Source: Candidatus Brocadiia bacterium JP1 (GTDB lineage: Bacteria; Planctomycetota; Brocadiia; Brocadiales; Bathyanammoxibiaceae). Taken from it: a DNA stretch of 64,000 nt. Positions 35,693 through 44,107 of the stretch are shown here, one piece after another. Location: NCBI GenBank assembly GCA_051388875.1, contig JBMFFR010000002.1:218981-282980 (forward strand), given 5' to 3'. The translations under genes were made by a program, and so were the position numbers. The notes under the pieces are model-generated. The model ran no database searches, had not been told where the DNA came from, and was given only the letters and a program-made list of their open reading frames with translations. Numbering within the stretch: position 1 is the stretch's first letter; every line of letters starts with the position of its first letter.

Positions 35693-36880
35693 ATGAGAGC
35701 GGTATATTTTGATTGCTTTTCCGGGGCGAGTGGGGATATGATTCTGGGCTCGCTAGTAGATGCGGGCCTTAGCTATCCACAACTCACAGAAGAACTTAAG
35801 AAAATCCCTCTGCCAAATTACGAACTTTCCTTTAAGAAGGTCTGGAAGGGGGGGCTGGCAGGGACCAAGTTTGAAGTTTTTTCTGCACCTGAAAATTTCA
35901 AAAATAAACACCATTACACCTTCAAGGAACTCCACGAGCTTATAGATTCTTCCGCCCTTAAGGACAGTGTAAAGGAAAAGGCCCTCAAAGTGCTGAGCCG
36001 GCTGGGGGAGGCCGAGGCCAAGGTCCATAACGTCCCTTTAGAGGGGGTAGAGTTTCATGAAATTGGGGCGCTGGACACCATTATAGACATAGCTGGTGCA
36101 GTGATAGCGTTAGAACTGCTGGGGATAGAGAGGGTTTTTTCGTCGCCACTGCCCACGGGGGTTGGCTTCATAGAGGGGGCGCACGGGAGGCTCCCTTTGC
36201 CTGCCCCCGCGACCGTTGAGATGCTCAAGGGTAGAAAGCTAATAACTACTGGAATTGCACGGGAGTTAACCACTCCCACAGGGGCAGCCATCTTGACCAC
36301 CCTTGCGGAAGAGGTGGAGAGGTGTCCGGACCTGCACTTAGAAAGGGTTGGCTACGGTGCTGGTTCTATGGAGATTCCAGAGGGGCCTAACCTGTTACGG
36401 GTGATTATCGGGGAGCTAACGCTGGCGGCGGAAGAGGAAGAGGTCTGGGTGATAGAGACCAATCTGGATGATATAACCGGTCAAATATGTGGATACGTAA
36501 CGGATAAGCTCTTTCAAGCGGGGGCCCTTGAGGTCTACACCACGCCGATACAGATGAAGAAGAACAGGCCGGGTATACTCTTGAGCACTATCGTACCAGA
36601 GGCCGCAAAAGCGGGCGTAGAGAGGATATTTTTCCGTGAGACCACCACGTTCGGGATAAGGGCCTATAAAGTGGTCAGGAGGAAACTGGAGCGTAAGCCT
36701 GCCGAAGTAAATACTCCTTATGGCACGATAAAAGTAAAGATAGGATGGCTGGACGGACAGGTCAAACGTGTTGCCCCCGAGTATGAGGATTGTAAGAGGA
36801 TAGCCGAAGAGAAGGGTATCCCGTTAAGGCTGGTTTATCAGGAGGCGATGTTAGCCGCAGCCAATCTGGCCAAGGAGTAG
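35693..36880 (+). CDS. larC: Nickel-pincer cofactor biosynthesis protein LarC (DUF111)
   Basis: 'YFDCFSGASGDMILGSLVDAG' and 'HEIGALDTIIDI'; 395 aa. Confidence 0.9.
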   Translation: MRAVYFDCFSGASGDMILGSLVDAGLSYPQLTEELKKIPLPNYELSFKKVWKGGLAGTKFEVFSAPENFKNKHHYTFKELHELIDSSALKDSVKEKALKVLSRLGEAEAKVHNVPLEGVEFHEIGALDTIIDIAGAVIALELLGIERVFSSPLPTGVGFIEGAHGRLPLPAPATVEMLKGRKLITTGIARELTTPTGAAILTTLAEEVERCPDLHLERVGYGAGSMEIPEGPNLLRVIIGELTLAAEEEEVWVIETNLDDITGQICGYVTDKLFQAGALEVYTTPIQMKKNRPGILLSTIVPEAAKAGVERIFFRETTTFGIRAYKVVRRKLERKPAEVNTPYGTIKVKIGWLDGQVKRVAPEYEDCKRIAEEKGIPLRLVYQEAMLAAANLAKE

Positions 36881-37119
36881 GAGGGTCGTCCGGGGGTTCG
36901 TAAGTCTTAGAATTAAATGGAGTGTGGAGGGGGGGATGCCCCGTATTTAAGGCTTGAGTATGGTTTTGTTCACCTCGTTTTTTATCTATCTAGTTGCCCT
37001 AATGTACAGGCGTGGCGGGCGGGTGCTCTTGAGGGGAGGGTATCTACGATTAAGGACAAACACCCCCTTGCTTGCCCTGAGCAAAGCCGAAGGGATTGGG
37101 GGAGGCAGGGTGGTGATTT

Positions 37120-37998
37120 GGCTGCCCCTTTAAAAGGGGTCAAAGGGGTTATTTAATCCCCCCAACCCCCCCTTTAGGAAAGGGGGGGTTGGGAGTGTTT
37201 ACAAAAAGGGGGGCGTTGGGGGTGGTTAGGAAAGGGGGGGTGCAGGGGTGTAGGGCGATACGCCCTTACACTAGACCCTTCCCCTTCGTTTCACTCAGGG
37301 TAAGGGTGACAGACGGCACTGAAAAAATTCAGGGGGACACTTCGTGTCAGATTCTTCGGTCGTCCGCCTCAGGCGGACTCCCTCAGAATGACATCAAGTA
37401 AATGAGCTATGAAGAATATTTAATCCCCCTAAATCCCCCTTTAGGAAAGGGGGAGTTTTTGCAGGGGTGTTTAGGAAAAGGGGGGAGTTTTGGAGGGGTG
37501 TATGGCGATATGCCCCTGCACTAGACCCTTCCCCTTCGTTTCACTCAGGGTCAGGGTGACATCCTGTGTCGGTGTTTAGGAAAGGGGGGGAGTTTGGGGG
37601 TAAAAAAGAGGGGAAAAGGTAGTCTCCCCTCACCTCGGTCCTCTCCCCGGTGGGGAGAGGAAGAAACAAATTCCTCTTCACCTCAAGGGAGGGGGGAGAG
37701 AGTTAGAGGTATTCACAGGGTTTTTTGGGGGGCAAAAGGTACATGAGGTAATTACTTAAAAAATATTGGGCAGGTCTAAAGACCTGCCCTACATTAGACC
37801 CTTCGCTCTGCTCAGGGTGACATCCTGTGTCGGTGTTTATGAAGAGGGGGGGTTGCAGGGGTAAAAAAGAGGGGAAAAGGTAGTCCCCCTCACCTCGGTC
37901 CTCTCCCCGGTGGGGAGAGGAAGTGGGGATGTAGGGGCTGTGGGCTCACTCCTTCAGCCTCCGCCTCAGGGACTCAAGGTAGGCGGTAGCACTGGCCA
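37120..37998. repeat. Composite G-rich intergenic repeat field (several hairpin-forming sub-repeats)
   Basis: The TAATCCCCC..CCCCCTTTAGGAAAGGGGG hairpins lie at 37154-37188 and 37421-37453. The core GGCGATA.GCCC..CACTAGACCCTTCCCCTTCGTTTCACTCAGGGT.AGGGTGACA lies at 37249-37311 and 37499-37561, with a degenerate copy near 37790. A ~115-bp unit ending in CCTCTCCCCGGTGGGGAGAGGAAG occurs at 37546-37663 and 37811-37923. Confidence 0.8.
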
Positions 37999-38085
37999 GG
38001 GGAGAGGAAGTGGGGATGTAGGGGGCTGTGGGCTCACTCCTTCAGCCTCCGCCTCAGGGACTCAAGGTAGGCGGTATCGCTAGCC
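37912..38085. repeat. Tandem ~87-bp direct duplication spanning the stop codon and last ~13 codons of the TPR gene
   Basis: GGGGAGAGGAAGTGGGGATGTAGGGG(G)CTGTGGGCTCACTCCTTCAGCCTCCGCCTCAGGGACTCAAGGTAGGCGGTA occurs at 37912-37988 and 37999-38076, differing by a single extra G. Confidence 0.85.
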
Positions 38086-39062
38086 AGGTCGGGATTCTGG
38101 GTCTCTTTGTCAATCTCCACCACCTTCTCCATTAATTCTACCGCCTCTTTAATGTTGCCTTGCTTTTCCATAATAACGGCAATATTAGATAACGTAGTGC
38201 CCTCCCCCGCCCTGTCGCCTATCTCTCTCCTGATAGGCAGTGCCTTGTTATAATAGTCCAATGCCTCCTGGTACTGGCCAAGGGACCAGTGCACACGGCC
38301 GATATTATTGAGAGTAGTGCCCTCCCCCTCCCTGTGGCCTATCTCCTTAAAGATAGGAAGTGCCTTTTTATAATAGTCCAATGCCTCAGTGTACTTGCCA
38401 CGGGACTGGTAAACAGCGCCGATATTATTGAGCGTAGCGCCCTCCCCTTGATGGTCTCTCAGGTCACGGGCTATCTTAAGGGACTTCTGGATTTTTTCTA
38501 ATGCCTCTTTAACTCTGCCAGTACTATAGAAACACATGGCCAGGTTGTTATAGGCATGGCTAAGTGTCTTGGTTACCTGCTTCTTCTCCAGTATAGAAAT
38601 AGTTTCACCAAAGGCTGATTCTGCCTGTGGCCATTCGTACTTTGCAGAGTAAACATTGCCCAGGTTATAGTGGACAGCTGCGCTGAGCTCTGAATTTTCA
38701 GGGAGGTACTGCAGGGCTTCGCTAAATTTCTGTATGGCCTCATCATATTCTTTCAAGGAGGAATGCTTTTTGGCAAGTTGAAAGGCGTTACTCCCTGCGG
38801 CAAAGAGTGCCTTAAGCTTGTCCGACTCTGCTTGCGCCAGCGTTTCTTGAAAAACCTTTTCGTTTAATTGGTCTTCCTTTACGTTAGGGAAGACATTGAA
38901 TGTTACATTACCCCCTCTTATAGTTTCTATTGTTACAGTAGGGCTTTTTTCCTCTCTGGGAGGCCAGTGGTAAGCTAAATACCATCCCAGTACTACGGTT
39001 AAAAGTACAAAAATGCCACCTATAATTGCACCCTGGATGGTAAGCGGAATTTTTCTGGCCAT
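38034..39062 (-). CDS. Membrane-anchored tetratricopeptide (TPR) repeat protein
   Basis: N-terminal TM, then about 7 TPR units with the recurring 'EGxTLNNIGxVYxxxGxYxEALDYYxKALPI' pattern. Confidence 0.9.
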   Translation of the reverse strand: MARKIPLTIQGAIIGGIFVLLTVVLGWYLAYHWPPREEKSPTVTIETIRGGNVTFNVFPNVKEDQLNEKVFQETLAQAESDKLKALFAAGSNAFQLAKKHSSLKEYDEAIQKFSEALQYLPENSELSAAVHYNLGNVYSAKYEWPQAESAFGETISILEKKQVTKTLSHAYNNLAMCFYSTGRVKEALEKIQKSLKIARDLRDHQGEGATLNNIGAVYQSRGKYTEALDYYKKALPIFKEIGHREGEGTTLNNIGRVHWSLGQYQEALDYYNKALPIRREIGDRAGEGTTLSNIAVIMEKQGNIKEAVELMEKVVEIDKETQNPDLASDTAYLESLRRRLKE

Positions 39063-39134
39063 TTTATTCTATAAACGGCATGGAGCTTTTTGGGCTTTCC
39101 CTCATGCATAGAGTAACAGGTAAAGATGAGAAGT

Positions 39135-39270
39135 CAAGGGGGAGGGGGTGAGGGGCAGGGCGTATGGCGATAAGCCCCTGCACTAGACCCTTCCCCTTCG
39201 TTTCACTCAGGGTCAGGGTGACAGCCTGTGTCGGTGTTTAGGAAAGGGGGGAGTAAGGAGAAGGGGGGAA
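39135..39270. repeat. G-rich intergenic repeat (same family as 37499-37590)
   Basis: 39161-39251 is nearly identical by eye to 37499-37590 (GTATGGCGATA.GCCCCTGCACTAGACCC...GTGTCGGTGTTTAGGAAAGGGGGG). Confidence 0.75.
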
Positions 39271-39291
39271 GATGTAAATATCAGGTTCAAT

Positions 39292-40341
39292 CTACAAGAT
39301 TGAACCGGCATAGAGGGGGTATTTATGATTAAAGGCAAGGAGTCCTGCTTTTTTGCTTCTGGATTTATTATCCTTTTTCAGCGCCCTGTATAAGTAATCA
39401 AATAGGCGGATACCTTCTTCAAGCATGCTGGCGTCAGCATGCTGCATGTCTGCCATCCCTTTTAATAAGAGAGTAATCCCTTTAGCTTCTTCTTTGCCAT
39501 ACTTTCCGTCTTTAAGGTCTATATCATGGACAATCCGAGCAATCTCCCAGGCGGCGGGTTCCTTGACAGCAAATCTCTTTAGCAGTGTCTCCATTGTGCA
39601 GTCCTCTCCCTGGTGACTTAACTCACCCCCCAGCATGTCAAAGGGTATTGCTCCGTCAGGGATTGGCTCCCCTGCCGTCTGAAAAAGGAAATGGGCATGG
39701 GGGTCTATAAATCTTCTGATAAGCCAGGCCGAGGCTAGCCTGTCCACATGCGGCCTTTTACGTGTCACCCATGTTTTTCCTTGAAAATTTTCTTTTTTCA
39801 GTGGGGTAAAGGCACCGGGTTGTAACCTTTGCCTTTTAGCCTTTAAGGTACTGGTACAACGCTGGAGGAGTTTATTAGCCTCTCTACCAAGCGGGGCAAT
39901 GAAGAAGTCTATTTCCTGCAGGGCTTTTAGTTTCTTTGCTATCTGATTTAATTCCTTACTCAGGCCATCTTCCTCGGCAGGCACAGTTTCCTTCAGTTTG
40001 GATGACTTTTTGAGAAGTGCTTCACAGGCTTTAATTAGCCCTGAATAATCACTATCCCTGGAGGCATTAAAAAGACCTACGATTTCTTCGTCATCCAGGT
40101 TTTCTATTCCCCTTGTCTTCACCAGGGTAGCCTCTCCCCCCATGGTATATATCTCCTGGCTTAACCACTGGAAGTTTTCGTAAGTCCTCTCTGTGGAGGG
40201 AATGATATAGACGGAGTTCTTCAAGGAGACAGCCCCAAGTTGTTTGAATTTGCGCCAGAGACTCATACGCTCCCTGGAGGCCTTCCGGGGAAGACTGTAC
40301 ATTAACAAAAGCCATTCTTTTTTCATGTTATACGTATACAA
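39292..40341 (-). CDS. chrB: ChrB-like protein (chromate resistance regulator family)
   Basis: The N-terminal 'LLLMYSLPRKASRERMSLWRKFKQLGAVSLKNSVYIIP' looks like ChrB_N. 'WVTRKRPHVDRLASAWLIRRFIDPHAHFLF' looks like the Chrome_Resist domain. Confidence 0.85.
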   Translation of the reverse strand: MYTYNMKKEWLLLMYSLPRKASRERMSLWRKFKQLGAVSLKNSVYIIPSTERTYENFQWLSQEIYTMGGEATLVKTRGIENLDDEEIVGLFNASRDSDYSGLIKACEALLKKSSKLKETVPAEEDGLSKELNQIAKKLKALQEIDFFIAPLGREANKLLQRCTSTLKAKRQRLQPGAFTPLKKENFQGKTWVTRKRPHVDRLASAWLIRRFIDPHAHFLFQTAGEPIPDGAIPFDMLGGELSHQGEDCTMETLLKRFAVKEPAAWEIARIVHDIDLKDGKYGKEEAKGITLLLKGMADMQHADASMLEEGIRLFDYLYRALKKDNKSRSKKAGLLAFNHKYPLYAGSIL

Positions 40342-40570
40342 AATGTAACAAAATTTACAAAAAGTTTATTGACTTTCCACTGGAATTGCAAGTAAAATTT
40401 TTATAAACAATTTTTAAATTGCGACAAGTTTTATCCTAAAGTTTTAGGGAGGAGGCAAAAATGAGGTGGATTACAGCCTGCTGGTGAGTTAGCCCTAATG
40501 TAAAATCAAGCGTTTAGGGTTTGGCCTGTTGTTCTATTTTTTCATGTTAATATTTCATAAAGAAAGGGGT

Positions 40571-40840
40571 ATGAAAATGGGGAATACGTGGATAACGGAA
40601 GTGGAACTTTCGGTCAAGGGGGTAACCACGGATGAAAGCGCAATAAAGATTAAAAAAGCCCTCCAGGCTATTGAGGGCGTGATTTCTGTGGAAGTGGAGA
40701 TAGAAGAAGGAGAAGAAGAGCCTGAAGTGGAAATACACGCACAAATGGGTACGGATCCCCAAAAGCTATTAGAAGCGGTAAAAAAGGCGGGTTTTGAGGC
40801 CAAGATTAAGAAGGTGGAGAAAGAAATGCATCTGGGTTGA
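40571..40840 (+). CDS. Small HMA-fold (ferredoxin-like beta-alpha-beta-beta-alpha-beta) protein lacking the CxxC motif, cytoplasmic paralog
   Basis: RBS AAGGGG plus an ATG at 40571. 'LSVKGVTTDESAIKIKKALQAIEGVISVEV...LLEAVKKAGFEA' follows the HMA spacing, but GMTCxxC is replaced by GVTTDES. Confidence 0.6.
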   Translation: MKMGNTWITEVELSVKGVTTDESAIKIKKALQAIEGVISVEVEIEEGEEEPEVEIHAQMGTDPQKLLEAVKKAGFEAKIKKVEKEMHLG

Positions 40841-41000
40841 ACACCGTGTCAATTTTGTTATCCTGGATAAGTACTACAAAAGACTGCTTTAACGCTTTGA
40901 TAGGAACTGGAATGGTTAGCCTCTGACGTAAAATCAAGCGTTTAGAGTTGGGTTTGCTGTTCTGTTTTTATATTAATTAAGAATTCATGAAGAAAGGGGT

Positions 41001-41339
41001 ATGAAAATGAGGATGTGGATAACGCTGGGCTTAATCATTTCTTTTGGGGCATTTATCCTTCCTTTTGCGCAAGTTAACGGAAAAGAAGAACTTCTGGAGG
41101 TGGAACTTTCCGTCAAGGGAGTGACCACGGATGAAAGCGCAACAAAGATTAAAAATGCCCTGATGGCTATTGAGGGCGTAATTTCTGTGGAGGTGGAGAT
41201 AGAGGAAGGAGAAAAAGAGACTGAAGTGGAAATACACGCAAAGATGGGTACCGACCCCAAAAAGCTATTAGAAGCGGTAAAAAAGGCGGGTTTTGAGGCC
41301 GAGATTGAGGAGGTGGAGAAAGAAATCCATCTGGGTTAA
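41001..41339 (+). CDS. Small HMA-fold protein lacking the CxxC motif, paralog with a signal peptide
   Basis: The mature part is near-identical to the 40571-40840 product, with an added 'MKMRMWITLGLIISFGAFILPFAQVNG' signal sequence. The upstream leader and RBS are also duplicated. Confidence 0.65.
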   Translation: MKMRMWITLGLIISFGAFILPFAQVNGKEELLEVELSVKGVTTDESATKIKNALMAIEGVISVEVEIEEGEKETEVEIHAKMGTDPKKLLEAVKKAGFEAEIEEVEKEIHLG

Positions 41340-41406
41340 CGCCACAGAGGGGGTGCTGCATTAAGAAAGGTGGCGGTCAGCCCCGAAACAAGTTGGGGCG
41401 ACCTCG

Positions 41407-41510
41407 CTGGTTCAATCTTTAAGATTGAACCAGCAGGCAGGATTAATTAATCCCCCCCTACCCCCCTTTAGGAAAGGGGGGGAGTTTTGGGGGTGTTTAG
41501 GAAAGGGGGA
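41407..41510. repeat. Palindromic hairpin plus G-rich repeat block
   Basis: CTGGTTCAATCTT-t-AAGATTGAACCAG lies at 41407-41433. It is followed by TAATCCCCCCCTACCCCCCTTTAGGAAAGGGGGG...GTGTTTAGGAAAGGGGG at 41448-41510. Confidence 0.7.
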
Positions 41511-41762
41511 CTAAATGAACGTGTGACCACATAATCCCATTTTCCGTGCAGAAATGGAGGCGAGTTCAAGGCTACATGGGGGTGTCAAAAACTCCTTACA
41601 GTGTGGCAGTAAAAGTCTCTTGAAAGAAGAGGGGCGGTAGCTTAAAATATGGCGATTGGGACTTTCATGAATTCAATAAAAGGAAGGGACGACACTGGTT
41701 TTTAGCAATTGCATAAGTAGAGTTCATAGGCACAGATAAAAGGAGGTTAAACGGGAGGAGCC

Positions 41763-42374
41763 ATGAGGGAGCTAAGCCTGACAGGGGAGTTAACAAAGGG
41801 TTTCTTTGCCCAGAATCCCCTTTTTGTAGCTGTATTGGGTAACTGCCCGGCGCTGGCGGTAACCACAGCGGTAAACAATGGCCTTGCAATGGGGGTAGCG
41901 GTGATATTTGTAATGGTGTGTTCCAACATAATTGTATCGCTTATAAAGAACATAGTGCCAAGAGAGGTGAGGATACCCTGTTATATAGTAGTTATAGCCT
42001 CTTTTGTAACGATGGTAGAACTACTTATGAAGGCTTACATGCCGGCAGAGATAAATGAATCGTTAGGGATTTTTATTCCCCTGATAGTGGTGAATTGTGT
42101 AATTATGTATCGTGCGGAGGTGTATGCGAGCCAGCGAGGTGTCATGCGCTCAGCAATAGATGGGCTGGGCATGGGGATAGGATTCATGATTGCACTGTTT
42201 ATACTATCCGCTATAAGAGAGGCAGTGGGGGCAGGCACAATCTTTGGGGTTAAGGTGGCGGAGAGCTATAACCCGGCGTGCGTGATGATAATGGCCCCGG
42301 GGGCCTTTTTGGTGCTCGGGCTACTGCTAGCCTACTTCAACTGGCGAAAGCTTCAGAGGGGGGAGAAGATATAA
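41763..42374 (+). CDS. rnfE: Rnf electron transport complex subunit E
   Basis: 'NPLFVAVLGNCPALAVTT', 'RIPCYIVVIASFV' and 'SLGIFIPLIVVNC' align by eye to RsxE/RnfE. Confidence 0.9.
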   Translation: MRELSLTGELTKGFFAQNPLFVAVLGNCPALAVTTAVNNGLAMGVAVIFVMVCSNIIVSLIKNIVPREVRIPCYIVVIASFVTMVELLMKAYMPAEINESLGIFIPLIVVNCVIMYRAEVYASQRGVMRSAIDGLGMGIGFMIALFILSAIREAVGAGTIFGVKVAESYNPACVMIMAPGAFLVLGLLLAYFNWRKLQRGEKI

Positions 42375-43025
42375 ATGACTGGCGAACTGAACGTACTTTT
42401 TACTATAATGATAAGTGTTATATTTGTTAACAATTTTGTACTGGCCAGGTTTCTGGGGCTATGTCCATTTCTTGGGGTATCCCAGAAGACGGAATCTGCG
42501 CTGGGTATGAGCATGGCTGTAACCTTTGTGATGACCCTTGCCTCTGCGGTGACGTGGTTTTTATACAATTATGTGCTGCTACCAGGGGAATCCAATCTCA
42601 TGGGGATAGTGCTGCCGGGGGTGAAGGAGACGGGAATGGTGGACGTCCTGAAGACGATAAGCTACATACTGGTTATAGCCACGCTGGTGCAGTTAGTGGA
42701 GACGGTTATGAAGAAGATGAGCCCAGCCCTGTATGAGAGTCTGGGCATATATCTACCGCTTATAACTACTAACTGTGCGGTGCTTGGGGTAGCTTTGTTA
42801 GGCACAACCAATGCCCCGCAGCATATGAACCTGGTTGAGGCGTCTATACAGGGGTTTGGTGCAGGAATAGGCTTTTCGGTGGCCATGTTGCTCATGTCTG
42901 GTGTACGTGAGAGGCTATATGTGCTGAACGTCCCAAAATCTTTCCAGGGGATACCGATAGCCTTTATTTGTACGGCACTTATGGCCCTGGCCTTCATGGG
43001 ATTTTCTGGTATGGTAAGTTGGTAA
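42375..43025 (+). CDS. rnfA: Rnf electron transport complex subunit A
   Basis: 'FVNNFVLARFLGLCPFLGVS', 'AVTFVMTLAS' and 'LGIYLPLITTNCAVLGVALL' closely match RsxA/RnfA. Confidence 0.9.
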   Translation: MTGELNVLFTIMISVIFVNNFVLARFLGLCPFLGVSQKTESALGMSMAVTFVMTLASAVTWFLYNYVLLPGESNLMGIVLPGVKETGMVDVLKTISYILVIATLVQLVETVMKKMSPALYESLGIYLPLITTNCAVLGVALLGTTNAPQHMNLVEASIQGFGAGIGFSVAMLLMSGVRERLYVLNVPKSFQGIPIAFICTALMALAFMGFSGMVSW

Positions 43026-43127
43026 AGAAAAAAGGGTCGGGGATTAGGGATTGGTGGGGATAAGTAGTTTCTATCCACTAATTTTTGAGACCTGATACCT
43101 GATTCCGAGTAGAAGAGGAGATTGTTG

Positions 43128-44024
43128 ATGGAGACAGTAATAGCGGCATTTATATCAATGGGTTTTCTGGGGATGATATTTGGCCTTGGGCTGGCAATAG
43201 CCAGTGAGAGGTTTCATGTGTATGTAGACCCCAAGGTGGAAAAGGTTGGGGAATCTCTACCCGGCATAAACTGCGGAGCCTGTGGTTATGCGGGATGTAG
43301 TAAATACGCCCAGGCAGTGGCCCTGGAAGGTGCACCTGTAAACCTGTGTGTGCCTGGTGGGGGAGATGTGACAGAAAAGCTTGGTGAAATAATGGGCGTA
43401 AAGGCAGAAAAGAGGGAAAAGCGGACAGCAGTACTTATGTGCAGTGCTAAGAACGTTAAGGACAAGTTTGCTTACGATGGTGTTCCTAACTGTCGCGCCG
43501 CCTTCCTTGTGCAGGGAGGGCAGAAGAATTGTGAGTATGGCTGCCTTAGCTTTGGTGACTGCGCGGTAGTGTGCCCTACCAATGCTATTGTTATGCAGGC
43601 GGATGGGTTGCCCTACGTCCAGGAAGAACTATGTATAGCCTGCGGGAAGTGTGCAGATATATGTCCCAAGAACCTTTACAAGATTCTTCCGGTCAGCAAG
43701 TATGTACACGTCAGGTGTATGAATCTGGACAAAGGTGGTGTTGCGAAGAAAAAGTGTGATAACCCTTGCATTGCCTGTATGAAGTGTCAGAAGGTCTGCC
43801 CATTTGATGCCATACATGTAACCAATAATCTGGCAGTGATAGATTACAACAAGTGCACTTCTTGTGGTGAGTGCGTAAAGGTCTGCCCAACCAACATCAT
43901 TAGAAACTACAGGGATGGGCGCCCGGTGGTTACAGGATGGATGAATCAGTGGATAGACATGGCCCTGGAGGGTAAGAAACCACAGGAGAAGAAGGGAGAG
44001 GAGGCTGCTAAGGAGGCGGCTTAG
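43128..44024 (+). CDS. rnfB: Rnf electron transport complex subunit B (polyferredoxin type)
   Basis: N-terminal TM, 'LPGINCGACGYAGCSKYA', and four CxxCxxCxxxCP 4Fe-4S motifs. Confidence 0.88.
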   Translation: METVIAAFISMGFLGMIFGLGLAIASERFHVYVDPKVEKVGESLPGINCGACGYAGCSKYAQAVALEGAPVNLCVPGGGDVTEKLGEIMGVKAEKREKRTAVLMCSAKNVKDKFAYDGVPNCRAAFLVQGGQKNCEYGCLSFGDCAVVCPTNAIVMQADGLPYVQEELCIACGKCADICPKNLYKILPVSKYVHVRCMNLDKGGVAKKKCDNPCIACMKCQKVCPFDAIHVTNNLAVIDYNKCTSCGECVKVCPTNIIRNYRDGRPVVTGWMNQWIDMALEGKKPQEKKGEEAAKEAA

Positions 44025-44107
44025 TTAACGATAAAGGGAAGCTGGAGTGCTGTTGGGGAGGAGTAAAGGACAATCTGCGCCGTTGAAACTCAGCCCGTCA
44101 AGTTTTC

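Noticed and set aside
36917-37401. Track ORFs of 79 aa and 70 aa in the larC-TPR spacer
   Set aside because: They are read-throughs of the G-rich repeat units, giving Gly/Pro/Arg-rich low-complexity products. They have no RBS, and the same DNA recurs in other non-coding places.
37120-38090. Possible CRISPR array
   Set aside because: The repeats are of several different types and lengths with irregular spacing. The sequences between them are themselves repeated, and there is no leader or cas gene.
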